A DNA stretch of 64,000 nucleotides, taken from an uncultured delta proteobacterium (lineage in GTDB: Bacteria > Desulfobacterota > Binatia > Binatales > Binataceae). Location of the stretch: NCBI GenBank assembly GCA_963765675.1, contig CAVXXK010000006.1, positions 160,001 to 224,000 of the forward strand. Reading direction: 5' to 3'. Under the pieces are notes generated by a model. The model saw only the letters and a program-made list of their open reading frames with translations. It did not search any database and was not told the origin of the DNA. Position numbers and translations under genes: made by a program. Each line of letters opens with the position of its first letter. The stretch's first letter is position 1. Shown here piece by piece: positions 1 to 10,447 of this stretch.

Positions 1-64
1 TGCGCCGGCCATCCTGCCCCAGCCGGACGCGGTTGCGGAGCCGCCCGAACCGCCCAGCCGTATC

Positions 65-2218
65 GTGCGAGAGCTGTGGGCGCTCGGGCTTTTTGCGATT
101 ACGGCGTTCGCGGTCGCGAGCCTGGTCTGCTTCGATATCGGCCGCACTCCCAATCTTGGCGGTCCGGTCGGCGACGCTCTGGCCGCGGCGATGAGCGCGA
201 TGGTGGGGTATCAATCCTACGCGATGCTGGCGCTGATCGTCGCGCTCGCGATTCGCGTCTGGTCGCGGACGCCGGCTGCGGTCCTCGCGCGCGAGATCGC
301 GGGCGGCGCGATTATCCTGGTCGCACTTGCGACTGCGGGCGGTCTGTTCAATCTGAACGACGCGCATGTCGGCGGCGCGATCGGAATCGCGATCGCGAGC
401 GTGCTGAACGCGTCGCTGAATCTCGGCGGCGGTTACCTGGCCGTGATGCTCGCGATCATTTGCGGAATTGCCCTGATGCTCAAGCGGGCGCCGACTGAGC
501 TGGCGGCCGCGGCGGCGGGAAAACTTCGCTCGCGCTCCCGGCGCGATGCGGACGACGATCTCGACTATGACGGGCGCGGATCGCGAATCGTCGAGTTGTC
601 CGACGCGATCGGCGAGTTCGATCCCGACGGCAACGGCAAGCCCGCTCCGCTCAAGGTGCGCAAGATCGAGCTGCGCGAAATTCCCTCGCGCGACAAGCGC
701 AAAGAAGCCGCCAACGCCAAGCCGCGCACCAAGGGCGCGTACAAGATTCCTCCGCCGTCTCTCCTCGATATGCCGCCCGCCGAGCATACGCAGGTCGACG
801 AGAGCGCGCTCGAGCGCAGCGCGCGCGTGCTCGAACAGAAGCTTGCGGATTTCGGCGTCGAGGGGCGCGTCGCCGAGGTTCAGCCCGGCCCGGTGGTCAC
901 GATGTACAAGTTCGAGCCGGGTTCGGGAATCAAGGTCAGCCAGATCGTCAATCTCTCCGACGATCTCTCGATGGCTCTCAGAGCGGCAGCCGTGCGAATC
1001 CAGGCGCCGGTGCCGGGCGAGGCGGTAGTGGGAATCGAGGTTCCCAATCGCAAGCGCGAGCGCGTCTATCTGCGCGAGATTCTCGAAGCCGAGGAATTTT
1101 CCGCCGAGGGCAGCCAACTGACGATCGCGCTCGGCAAGGATATCGCCGGGCGTCCGGTCGCGGCCGATCTGGCGCGGATGCCGCATCTGCTGATCGCGGG
1201 CGCGACCGGCACCGGCAAGTCGGTATCGATTCACACGATGATCGCGTCGATCCTGTTCAACGCGACTGCCGACGACGTGCGCCTGATCCTGGTCGATCCC
1301 AAGATGCTCGAGCTGTCGGTGTACGAGAATATTCCGCATCTGCTGGTCCCCGTCGTCGTCGATCCGGAGAAGGCGGCAGCGGTTCTGCTCTGGGCGACGC
1401 AGGAGATGGAAAGCCGCTACATGAAGATGCGCGAGCTGGGCGTGCGCAATATCGACGGCTACAATCATGCGCTCGCCTCAGGCGCGTCGGTCACCGACTT
1501 GAAGGCGGCGTCGGGACCGGGCGGCGGCAGCCACGGAATCGACGCGACGGCCGAGCCGCTCGAACACAAGAAGCTTCCGAAGATCGTGATCGTGATCGAC
1601 GAGCTTGCCGACCTGCTGCTGAGCGAGGGCAAGACCGTCGAGCGCGATATCACGCGCCTGGCGCAAAAGGCGCGCGCCGCGGGGATTCATCTGATTCTCG
1701 CGACGCAGCGGCCGTCGGTCGATGTGATCACCGGGATTATCAAGGCGAATCTGCCGGCGCGCATCTCGTTCCAGGTGACTTCGCGCGTCGATTCGCGCAC
1801 GATTCTCGATTCGATCGGCGCCGAACGCCTGCTCGGCGCGGGCGACATGCTCTTCATGCCGCCCGGAACCGCCAAGCTGCGCCGCCTGCACGGGCCGTTC
1901 GTCTCCGAGCATGAGATCCGCAAGCTGACCGATTTTCTGCGCGAGCAGGGCGCGCCCGAGTACCGGATGGAGATCCTCGAAACCAAGGCGCCCAGCGACG
2001 ACGGCGGCCTCGGCGACGACGAGCACGACGAGATGTACGACGAGGCCGTCAGGATCGTGCTCGAATCGAACCAGGCGTCGATCTCGATGATCCAGCGGCG
2101 GCTGCGGATCGGCTACAATCGCGCGGCGCGGATGGTCGAGCAGATGGAGCGCGAGGGAATCGTGATGCCCGCCGACGGCGCAAAGCCGCGCGAGGTTCGC
2201 CTGCGCGGCGCGAGCTAG
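65..2218 (+). CDS. ftsK: DNA translocase FtsK (4TM N-terminus, motor ATPase, gamma domain)
   Basis: Walker A GATGTGKS, IVIDELADL, ATQRPSVDV, gamma-domain IGYNRAAR. The frame is open back to position 2, so the true start may lie upstream of the window. Confidence 0.96.
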   Translation: MRELWALGLFAITAFAVASLVCFDIGRTPNLGGPVGDALAAAMSAMVGYQSYAMLALIVALAIRVWSRTPAAVLAREIAGGAIILVALATAGGLFNLNDAHVGGAIGIAIASVLNASLNLGGGYLAVMLAIICGIALMLKRAPTELAAAAAGKLRSRSRRDADDDLDYDGRGSRIVELSDAIGEFDPDGNGKPAPLKVRKIELREIPSRDKRKEAANAKPRTKGAYKIPPPSLLDMPPAEHTQVDESALERSARVLEQKLADFGVEGRVAEVQPGPVVTMYKFEPGSGIKVSQIVNLSDDLSMALRAAAVRIQAPVPGEAVVGIEVPNRKRERVYLREILEAEEFSAEGSQLTIALGKDIAGRPVAADLARMPHLLIAGATGTGKSVSIHTMIASILFNATADDVRLILVDPKMLELSVYENIPHLLVPVVVDPEKAAAVLLWATQEMESRYMKMRELGVRNIDGYNHALASGASVTDLKAASGPGGGSHGIDATAEPLEHKKLPKIVIVIDELADLLLSEGKTVERDITRLAQKARAAGIHLILATQRPSVDVITGIIKANLPARISFQVTSRVDSRTILDSIGAERLLGAGDMLFMPPGTAKLRRLHGPFVSEHEIRKLTDFLREQGAPEYRMEILETKAPSDDGGLGDDEHDEMYDEAVRIVLESNQASISMIQRRLRIGYNRAARMVEQMEREGIVMPADGAKPREVRLRGAS

Positions 2219-2223
2219 ACTGC

Positions 2224-2922
2224 ATGCATCATCAATCACGCATCGCGATTGCCGCTGCGATTGTCGCAATCGCGCTGGCGGTGCCTCCAGTAGCGATCGC
2301 GGAGACCTCCGTCTTCGCCAGTCATGCGCAGCCGGCGTCCGCGAGCCTCGACGCGACGCTCGACGCGCTGCAGCATCACTATGAGACCACGCGCTCATTC
2401 AGAGCGAAGTTCACCGAGCAGATCGCATCGGTAGGCGCTCCGGTCCGAACCCGCGAGGGCACGGTCGCGTTCAGCAAACCGGGCAAGATGCGCTGGGATT
2501 TCGAGTCGCCCAACAAGGAGCTGCTGGTCAGCAACGGCCAGACGCTTTTCAGCTACGACCCCGGCCTCAACCAGGTCGTCGAAACTCCGCTGAAGGATGC
2601 GTTGCGAGCGCCGGGCGCGACCGAGTTCCTGCTCGGCGCCGGAAATATCCGCAAAGATTTCATCGCGTCGGCGCCAAAAGCTCCGCCATCCGACGGTCTG
2701 ACCCACTTGACGCTGACGCCTCGACAAGGCGGCAACACGATCGAGCTCGGGATCGAACCAAAAAGCGGCGATATCCGCCGGCTCGCGATCACCGACCAGC
2801 TCGGCAACAAGACCTCGCTCGAATTCACCGACCAGCGCGATAATGTCGAAATTACAGACTCCGAGTTTGACTTCACTCCTCCCGCAGGCGCGGACATCGT
2901 CTCGCCTACGCTGCCGCACTAA
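2224..2922 (+). CDS. lolA: Outer-membrane lipoprotein carrier LolA
   Basis: Signal peptide, KPGKMRW motif and C-terminal FDFTPPAGADIV; canonical position after ftsK. Confidence 0.9.
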   Translation: MHHQSRIAIAAAIVAIALAVPPVAIAETSVFASHAQPASASLDATLDALQHHYETTRSFRAKFTEQIASVGAPVRTREGTVAFSKPGKMRWDFESPNKELLVSNGQTLFSYDPGLNQVVETPLKDALRAPGATEFLLGAGNIRKDFIASAPKAPPSDGLTHLTLTPRQGGNTIELGIEPKSGDIRRLAITDQLGNKTSLEFTDQRDNVEITDSEFDFTPPAGADIVSPTLPH

Positions 2923-2992
2923 CTGCGGCACGTAAATTTTTCGCATCCTTGGCACAACGATTGCCTCGCTTACGACCGGCGAGTAGAAATAT

Positions 2993-4387
2993 ATGCCCCT
3001 CGATGGGCTGAACATGGAAAAAGTGCATCTTCTTACCTTGGGTTGCCCCAAAAATCTCGCTGATAGCGAGTTGATGCTGGGAGCGCTCACGCAGGCCGGG
3101 TTCGAGATTACTCTCGACCCCGAAGATGCGCAGATCCTCGTCGTCAATACCTGCGCGTTTATCGAGGCGGCCAAGAAGGAATCGCTCGACGCGATCATGG
3201 ATGCCGCCGAGGTGAAGCATCGCGGTGCGGGCAAGCGCCTGGTGGTCGCCGGATGCCTCTCGCAGCGCTATAGCGAAGAGCTGCGCGAGAAGCTGCCCGA
3301 GGTTGACGTGTTCGTCGGCACCGGCAACTTCCTGGACCTGCCCGAGCTGCTGCGCCGCACCGAGTCGCCCGAGGCGCGCTCGATGCCGTACCCGGGCGCG
3401 GCGCATCTGCTGCCGCGCGCGACCGTGCCGCGGGTGAAGACCGGCAATTTCTTCACCTCTTACTTGAAGATTTCCGAAGGATGCAACCATACCTGCGCCT
3501 TCTGCATCATCCCGAAAATCCGCGGACGCCACGAAAGCCGCCCGATCGATGACCTGGTGGCCGAGGCGCGCGCCCTGGCCGACGGCGGCGTGCGCGAGCT
3601 CAACCTGATCGCGCAGGACCTGACCGCCTACGGCCGCGATCTCGAACAGTCCGCGTCGCTGGCGGCGCTGCTGCGCGAGCTCTCGACGGTCGAGGACCTG
3701 CACTGGATTCGGCTGCTCTACTGCTATCCGAATTTCGTCACCGACGAGCTGCTCGACACGATCGCGGAGCTCCCGAAGGTCGTCAAGTATATCGATATCC
3801 CGTTGCAGCATGCCGACGACGCGATACTGCGTGCGATGCGCCGCGAGCGCTCGGGCGCCGCGCTGCACAAGCTCCTCGAACGGATTCGCGCGCGGATTCC
3901 CGGGGTCGTGCTGCGGACCTCGTTTATCGTCGGATTCCCTGGCGAGACCGAAGCCGCATACGGCCGCCTGGTGGACTTCGTGCGCGAGATCGAGTTTGAC
4001 CGCGTGGGAGTCTTCACCTACTCGCGCGAGGAAAATACCGCCGCTTTCGATCTGCCGAACCAGGTTCCCGAACGCGTCAAGCGCGACCGGCGATCCGCGC
4101 TGATGGAAGCGCAGGCGGAAATATCACTTAAGAAGAATCGCGGTCTTGTGGGCCGCGAAGTCGAGGTTCTGGTCGAGGGTCCGCTTCCCGGACGCGCCAC
4201 GCGGCTTCGCGGGCGAACGTCAGGACAGGCGCCCGATATCGACGGCTCGGTCTTTCTCAAGGGAGACGCAGAGCCCGGCGAATTCGTCTGCGCCCGGATC
4301 GAAAAGGCCCTCAGTTATGACCTCCACGCGCGAATCGCCGGGGAGTTATCGCCCGGCGAAGAGGAGAGGGTGGCAAATCATGCCTAA
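2993..4387 (+). CDS. rimO: Ribosomal protein S12 methylthiotransferase
   Basis: TLGCPKNLADSE, radical SAM CNHTCAFC, TRAM domain with APDIDG. Start may be at MEKVH a few codons later. Confidence 0.95.
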   Translation: MPLDGLNMEKVHLLTLGCPKNLADSELMLGALTQAGFEITLDPEDAQILVVNTCAFIEAAKKESLDAIMDAAEVKHRGAGKRLVVAGCLSQRYSEELREKLPEVDVFVGTGNFLDLPELLRRTESPEARSMPYPGAAHLLPRATVPRVKTGNFFTSYLKISEGCNHTCAFCIIPKIRGRHESRPIDDLVAEARALADGGVRELNLIAQDLTAYGRDLEQSASLAALLRELSTVEDLHWIRLLYCYPNFVTDELLDTIAELPKVVKYIDIPLQHADDAILRAMRRERSGAALHKLLERIRARIPGVVLRTSFIVGFPGETEAAYGRLVDFVREIEFDRVGVFTYSREENTAAFDLPNQVPERVKRDRRSALMEAQAEISLKKNRGLVGREVEVLVEGPLPGRATRLRGRTSGQAPDIDGSVFLKGDAEPGEFVCARIEKALSYDLHARIAGELSPGEEERVANHA

Positions 4388-4838
4388 GAAAGCAGCCGCC
4401 ACGAGTCGGAAAAAGTTTCTGTCCAAGATGCGCGAGCATCTGGCGGAAATGAAAGAAAAATTGCACAGCGAAATCGAGTCCGAACTGCGGGCCGAGCGCG
4501 AAAGCAACAAAGACGAAGGGATGGACACCTACGATCTCGCCTCTGAAGAGCGCGATCGCGAGATCAATTTCATCCTGTCGGACCGCGAGCGCGTGAAGGT
4601 CAAGCAGATCGACGACGCCCTCGAGCGCCTGGACGACAACACTTACGGGGTGTGCGAATCCTGCGGGCTCGAAATCGCCGAAGAGCGGCTGAACGCGATG
4701 CCGTTTACGCGTCTGTGCCGCGACTGCCAGCAGGACATGGAGCGCGAGGCCAAGTCGCAGCGCCGCTTCGACGACGAGCGCAATACCAACACCTATCGCA
4801 AGCTCGGCTCGACCGACGGCGACGAAGAAAATATGTGA
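4380..4838 (+). CDS. dksA: DksA/TraR family C4 zinc-finger regulator
   Basis: Coiled coil with DTYDLA (DxxDxA) tip and CESC...CRDC; ATG at 4380 after GAGGAG, overlapping the rimO end. Confidence 0.88.
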   Translation: MPKKAAATSRKKFLSKMREHLAEMKEKLHSEIESELRAERESNKDEGMDTYDLASEERDREINFILSDRERVKVKQIDDALERLDDNTYGVCESCGLEIAEERLNAMPFTRLCRDCQQDMEREAKSQRRFDDERNTNTYRKLGSTDGDEENM

Positions 4839-5009
4839 TCGCCCCGCGCGCTTTGCGGCACTGACGCGATGCTCGAGCGCGGCCCGATTCGCGAGCTCGG
4901 CAAATTCTACGAAGCGATGCTCTCGGGCGGTGGCGGGACTATCCGCCCGCAGACGGTAGCGGCAATCTCAGCCCGCCACGTTGTAGGAATGCGGGACCAT
5001 ACTTTCGGG

Positions 5010-5441
5010 CTATCCACTCGATCGAAACCAGGCGTCGAAAGACCACGCACCAGGTCCGACGCTGATTAGGAAAAGCAACGCCATCGTCATCGCAAAATCT
5101 GTTCGCGCGTCGCTTACCATGAACCAGAAGCCCTGATTCGGGCGCCACAACTCGGGAATCTTGGTGGTCGCGATCGCGGTCAGGATGACGATCAAGAGTG
5201 GAATGCTCGCGAGCCGGGTGAGAAGGCCAGCCAAAACCAGAACGCCACAAACGATCTCGAAACCTCCGACGAAATGTGCGGTAAACCCGGGGTCGGGGAA
5301 TCCAATCCTGGCGAAGCGCAGAACCCCCATGGAGGGGTCGATGAATTTGAGCAATCCCTGCGTGAAGAAGATCAAGCCGACGGCCAATCGGATGAGCACG
5401 ATGCTTCTTGCCTGCCAGACGGGAGCGAGAAAGTTATTCAT
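5010..5441 (-). CDS. DoxX family membrane protein
   Basis: LIRLAVGLIF...GLLTRLAS...GPGAWSFD pattern; about four hydrophobic segments. Confidence 0.88.
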   Translation of the reverse strand: MNNFLAPVWQARSIVLIRLAVGLIFFTQGLLKFIDPSMGVLRFARIGFPDPGFTAHFVGGFEIVCGVLVLAGLLTRLASIPLLIVILTAIATTKIPELWRPNQGFWFMVSDARTDFAMTMALLFLISVGPGAWSFDAWFRSSG

Positions 5442-5520
5442 CGTGATTGCTCCACGGTGGCTTCAGCATCTGGTACCTGCTCTCGAAACTCTAAGCATGA
5501 CGCGATTGCTCGACGAGCGG

Positions 5521-6309
5521 CTAGCTCGCGCGGCGGTACGTGTAGTTCCTGAGCCAGTAGATCTCGTCGTCGAAGCCCAGACGCCGATACCAGTTGATCG
5601 GCGTGTCATCGGGATCGGTATTGATCATCACGCTGTGGCGGCCGCGCTCGCCAGCGTCGGCGATCGCGCCGCATAGCAGTATTCGCGCGAGTCCCTGATT
5701 TCGCATGGGAACGCGAGTCGCGAGATTAAATATCAATCGGTTGTCGCCTTCGTAATACCCGAGAACCGCCGCCGCTTCGCCATCGACGCGTGCGATGAAA
5801 TGCCGAGCGCCGCCGTTCGACTCCGCAGATCGCACGGCGGTTTCCTCAGCGATTCGTTGAGGCGCAGGTTCATCTTCCGAATTTGCGAAGCCCTTAAGCT
5901 TCACATCTACAAACTCGTTGAGAGTCGCGGCGGTGACTTCTTCAATCGAGATGTCGGGGCGCAGCGAAGCGCGCGGGATCGGTCCGGTATGAGCAAGAAA
6001 GATCGTCGGATGGTCGCGGACGCATCCCGCTTTTACCAGCGCCGGACCGAGCACGGCGTCGGTCGCGTGATCGTCGATCCAGATATTGATTTCGGAGTCG
6101 CCGAAGTAATCCGCCGCGTCCGAAAGCATCGCCGCTACGTCGTCGGGCGTCGCGCCTTCGACGATCAGCCGCGCGGAGTCAGGGTCGGCGGTACTCCGGC
6201 GATAGAAGCCGAAGCGCCGCCGCTCGATGTAGCATCCGATCGACGGCGCGGACGTCCGATACCACGAAATTATTTCCTCACGCAGCCGGTCATGTTCGGG
6301 ATGACGCAT
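5521..6309 (-). CDS. GNAT family N-acetyltransferase
   Basis: C-terminal acetyl-CoA motif MRNQGLA and WYRRLGF. Confidence 0.82.
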   Translation of the reverse strand: MRHPEHDRLREEIISWYRTSAPSIGCYIERRRFGFYRRSTADPDSARLIVEGATPDDVAAMLSDAADYFGDSEINIWIDDHATDAVLGPALVKAGCVRDHPTIFLAHTGPIPRASLRPDISIEEVTAATLNEFVDVKLKGFANSEDEPAPQRIAEETAVRSAESNGGARHFIARVDGEAAAVLGYYEGDNRLIFNLATRVPMRNQGLARILLCGAIADAGERGRHSVMINTDPDDTPINWYRRLGFDDEIYWLRNYTYRRAS

Positions 6310-6327
6310 CGAGGTATCGCCCGCCGC

Positions 6328-7531
6328 TTATGGAATCACGCGCGCGTCTTTCAGGCGGCCGATTTCTTCCCAATCGAGACCGAGTTCGAGCAGGATTTCT
6401 TCTGAATGCTGCCCCAGCTCGGGCGCCATCGCCGAAGGCGCCCACGGCGTGCCGCCGAAGTCGCACGGCGTCGCGACCATCTCCGCTTCGCCGTCGGCGG
6501 TCGGGACGTTTACGAATAATCCGGCGGCGCGCGCCTGCGGATCAACGAGCAGGTCTTCGGTGGTCTGCACTGGCGCCCACCACACGTTTTCGCGATCGAA
6601 GATCGGCGCCCATTCCGCGAGAGTCTTCTGCGTGAAGATCGAATCGAGCAGATCGACCAGCGCTGCCGCATTCTCCCGCCGCGCCGCCATCGTGTTGAAC
6701 CGTGCGTCGTGATCGAGATCGGGCCGCGCGATTGCGCGCAGCACGTCCGGCCACATCCGATCACCCTGCAATCCCAAGAGCCAGAACCATTTGCCGTTCG
6801 AATCGTGATACGAGGTGATGAGCGGATTCGGCGTCGTATGCCGCGTGCCCGCGACCGTCGGAACGCCGAGCCGCAGCCGAATGTTGACGTCCCATCCGAT
6901 GAAGTACCCGCCGACCCGCATCAGCGAGGTCTCGACCTTCTGTCCCTGTCCGGTCTTTCCGCGCGCGACCAGCGCCGCGCAAATCGCGCTGGTCGCCGTC
7001 ATCGCGGTCGTATGGTCGCCCATCGCGCCGCGCTGCGTCGCAGGCTCCTGTCCTGCCGGAGTAAGAGTCGAAACCACGCCCGCGCGCGACCAGAACGCGC
7101 CGACATCGTAGGCCGCGCGATTTATCTCCGCTCCGCGCGTGCCGTAGCCGGTCACGTGGCAATACGACCAGGCGCGGATTCAGTTCGCGCAGATCTTCAT
7201 AGCGCATCGCAAACTGGCTGAGCGCCTTGGCGCGCAGGTTGGTCAGGAAGACGTCAGCGCGTTTGATAAGCTCGCGCGCGATCTGCCGGCCGTCATCGGT
7301 TTCGAGATTGAGCGCGATACTGCGTTTGCCGCGGTTATCGAGCTCGAACGGAGGATTGATCGGAACCTCGAGTCCGGCGCCCTTCAAGAACAATCCGCGA
7401 AACGGATCGCCCTCGGGCGGTTCGATCTTGATCACGTCGGCGCCCCAATCGGCCATGATTCCGCCCGCCGCCGGCGCGGCGACCCAGAAGCCAAGTTCCA
7501 CGACACGAATTCCCTCGAGCGGTCCGGGCAT
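6328..7531 (-). pseudogene. CaiB/BaiF family III CoA-transferase, split by an apparent 1-nt insertion near 7165 (pseudogene or sequencing error)
   Basis: N-part PLEGIRVVELG...GADVIKIEPPEGDP...NRGKRS in ORF 6761-7531; C-part TGYG...APELGQHSEEIL in ORF 6328-7155. Removing one base gives NPRLVYCHVTGYG. Confidence 0.85.
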
Positions 7532-7747
7532 CGCACACCTCTGGCGCGCCGCAGGTTTTGTTGGCGAGCCTCTGCGCCCAGTGATAGCAAAAGCGTTGTC
7601 AGGCTTGTAACTGCCTTACGCGCGGTTTTTCAGGATTGTGCCGCTCGCGCTTCGCACATACCATCAAGCAAAGATTCGCGCGCTTACGAAAACAGTTCCG
7701 CGCGCGAGGGGGAGCAGACCGGACCGGATGGTCATCAGACCGCTCGT

Positions 7748-8656
7748 ATGAGGATTTTTACTGACGCGGAAACGCGCGACGGAATCGAGCCGGCGCAGCA
7801 ATCGTTGCGCGGCAATATCGATCGCGTGCGCGACAACCTTGCCAGCGCCGGCGCAGTGATCGCGATCGCAAGCGCGAAGGGTGGAGTCGGCAAGAGCGTA
7901 GTCGCGGTGAACGTTGCCAGTGCGCTGGCCTTGCGCGGACGCAAAGTTGCGATCATTGACGCCGACCTGAACGCGCCGAGCGTCATCCGGATGCTCGGGA
8001 TGAAGCCGCCGCGGGTGATGCCGATGGTCGAAGGGATCGAGCCTGCGGCGGGACCGCACGGGTTGCGTGTCGTCTCCAGCGAGATGATCGCGGGCGGAGA
8101 AGCGCCGGCGATCTCGTTTCTCGAGGACGCGGCGCCCGGCCCAGCCGAATCGGCGCAGGAGATCGGGTACACCGACGCTCTGATCCGGATGCTCTCGCTC
8201 ACGCGCCTGGGTGCGCTCGACGCGGTGATTATCGACGTCGCGCCGGGCGCGGGCCGGCTGCATCAGGTCGCGCGGATCGCGCCGCTGAGCAACGTGATGC
8301 TGGTGAGCCATTCGTCGGAGCAGGCGGTGGTGGCGACGCGCCACCTGATTCGGCTCTCGGCGAAATTCGCCGCGCCGGTCACCGGATTGCTCGAAAACAT
8401 GACCGGCTTCAATTGCGACGGATGCCGCTCGGTGCGTCCGCTGATGCCCGAGGGAAACCTGGCCGGCGTCGCAACCGAATTTGGGTTGCCGATTCTCGCG
8501 CGCCTCGCGTTTGATCCGCGCCTTGCCGAAGCATCGGACCGCGGAGTCCTGTTCGTGCATCAGTACGCCGACACGCCGCTCGGAAAAAACCTGCTCGGGC
8601 TCGCGCACGATGTCGAGCGGATGATCCTGCTCGGCCGCTCCGCGCCGTCATCGTAG
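7748..8656 (+). CDS. Mrp/NBP35 (ApbC-like) P-loop ATPase
   Basis: KGGVGKS, DADLNAPS, ENMTGFNCDGC (CxxC). The usual PPGTGD motif is degenerate (DVAPGAG). Confidence 0.82.
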   Translation: MRIFTDAETRDGIEPAQQSLRGNIDRVRDNLASAGAVIAIASAKGGVGKSVVAVNVASALALRGRKVAIIDADLNAPSVIRMLGMKPPRVMPMVEGIEPAAGPHGLRVVSSEMIAGGEAPAISFLEDAAPGPAESAQEIGYTDALIRMLSLTRLGALDAVIIDVAPGAGRLHQVARIAPLSNVMLVSHSSEQAVVATRHLIRLSAKFAAPVTGLLENMTGFNCDGCRSVRPLMPEGNLAGVATEFGLPILARLAFDPRLAEASDRGVLFVHQYADTPLGKNLLGLAHDVERMILLGRSAPSS

Positions 8657-8680
8657 GACACCGGGCAGTCCGGCGAGCAG

Positions 8681-10447
8681 CTACTCGGGCGGCGAATCTT
8701 CGTCGTCTTCGTCGGGCGCCACCACTTCGTCGACAACGCGTGAGTGCTCGAACATTCCGGCGCCCTCGCGATCGCCCGCGCGAAATTTCGCAAAGCCGAG
8801 CGTGGTAAAGATTCGGCTATGGTCGGGTCCGGGGCGTGAGAGCGGTACGAACGCGCAGACCGCGCCTTCGAGCGCGATCGCCTCATGACGCCATTGTCCG
8901 CGCGCGGAAATCTTGCTCGGCGCTTCCTCGGGCGACGGAGTTTCGATTTCGAGCGCAGCCAGCTCGCCGTCGGCCCATCCTTCGGCGCCGAGGAAAATCG
9001 CCTTGCGATGAAGCTCGGAGGAGTCGTCGCTGACGGTGCGGAGCTCGATCGCACAGGGCGCGCGTCCGTCCTCGAAACACGCCCACAGCATCCGACGCTC
9101 GCGAAATTTCTGCGGACCGAGTCCGGTGAACGAGAGCCCGGCGCGAGCGACGGCGCGCAGCGCGGTCGCTTCGCCATCGATTTCGACGCTGCCGGTCATC
9201 TCCGCGAACGAAGAAATCGAGTCCGCTGAACGCGGCGCGCCGCTGCCGCCAAAAATCGCCGACGGGTCGAAGCCGTTATCGGGCAGGCGCATCCGAAGAT
9301 CCACGCGCGCTGCCGGATCGAGCCGGCCCGAGGCGAGCGCGCGCTCGATACTCAAGTACGCCGAGCCGTCGGGCACGATAACGATTGGACCGGAAAATCT
9401 TAAGAGCAGCTCGCGTCCTTCGACTGCGAGCGTGAGCGGTCCGAGCGAGAGTCCGTCGCCCGCGAGCTTGACGCGGCCCTCGCAGGTGCAGAGCGCGACG
9501 CGGCGTTCCTTCGACAGGAACATGATTCGCGCGCCGAAGCCGCCGCTCAGATCGAAGCTCGCCATCGCGCCGAGACCGGCGCGCGGATCGAAGAACTCGA
9601 CGCCGACTCGCGTCGGTATCGACGGCGCTGCCACGCGCGCGGGGGCGACAGGGCGCGGCATCGGCTCGCGCACGATCTTGAGCCGCGAGCCAGACCGCGA
9701 CGGTTCCGCTGAGCGCGGACCGAACGCCGATTCGAGCGCGTCGATGCATCGGTCACGCAGCCGCCCGGGCATCCTGACAGCGACGGAGAGCTCGAGCTGC
9801 GCGGCGTCGACCTGGGCGCTTTCGGAAAGTGCCGCGATCGTTCTGAGCGCGGCGACCGTGCTCTGGCGATGACGCTCGGTGAAGGCCTGCACCAGGTTGT
9901 GCAGCGCGCCCGCCGGGTAGCGCATCCCGAAAGTCGGGGTGACGCCGCTTTCGCGCAGCCGCGCCGCGAAGTCCATCAACGGCCCGCGGATAAACTCGTC
10001 GCTGGCCGAGACGCGCGCCTGTCCAGTGGGGCGCAGCTCTCCGCCGATCGTCCTGACGCCCAATCCCAGGTCGACGCGCGGCTCGATAATGTTCCATCCG
10101 TGGATCATCAGCACGATCGCGTGGCCGTGGCGCTCGACGATACTGCTCACGCGCTCGGCGATCATCTCGAGGATCCACGGCGCGTGCTCGGCGAGTTGGG
10201 TCAGGCGATTGCAATCGAGCTGGTTGCGATCCATCCCGAAGTTGATCAGCGCCGCCGCGCCGAGGCGCCGCGCGAGTTCGCGCGCGATGTCCGCGGTATG
10301 AAGATCGTTGACCTTGGGATGCAGCGTCGCGCGCGAGGCGGCGCCGGCGCGGCCGCCATGCGGTGCGATCAGCAGAATCGGAGAATCAGCCTCGATGGTT
10401 TGCAGCCAGGTGCCCGCCGCTTCGAGGCCGACCGCCGCGCCGCTCAT
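8681..10447 (-). CDS. Hypothetical two-domain protein: N-terminal Zn-amidohydrolase-like (N-formylglutamate amidohydrolase-like) domain plus C-terminal beta-rich domain
   Basis: IAPHGG, NDLHT, DCNR, MIHGW and QLELS motifs; Pro-rich linker. ATG at 10447 overlaps the upstream stop (ATGA). Confidence 0.6.
   Translation of the reverse strand: MSGAAVGLEAAGTWLQTIEADSPILLIAPHGGRAGAASRATLHPKVNDLHTADIARELARRLGAAALINFGMDRNQLDCNRLTQLAEHAPWILEMIAERVSSIVERHGHAIVLMIHGWNIIEPRVDLGLGVRTIGGELRPTGQARVSASDEFIRGPLMDFAARLRESGVTPTFGMRYPAGALHNLVQAFTERHRQSTVAALRTIAALSESAQVDAAQLELSVAVRMPGRLRDRCIDALESAFGPRSAEPSRSGSRLKIVREPMPRPVAPARVAAPSIPTRVGVEFFDPRAGLGAMASFDLSGGFGARIMFLSKERRVALCTCEGRVKLAGDGLSLGPLTLAVEGRELLLRFSGPIVIVPDGSAYLSIERALASGRLDPAARVDLRMRLPDNGFDPSAIFGGSGAPRSADSISSFAEMTGSVEIDGEATALRAVARAGLSFTGLGPQKFRERRMLWACFEDGRAPCAIELRTVSDDSSELHRKAIFLGAEGWADGELAALEIETPSPEEAPSKISARGQWRHEAIALEGAVCAFVPLSRPGPDHSRIFTTLGFAKFRAGDREGAGMFEHSRVVDEVVAPDEDDEDSPPE

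Noticed and set aside
4869-5069. 66-aa ORF after dksA
   Set aside because: No RBS or motif, and it overlaps the DoxX gene end; cannot be supported.
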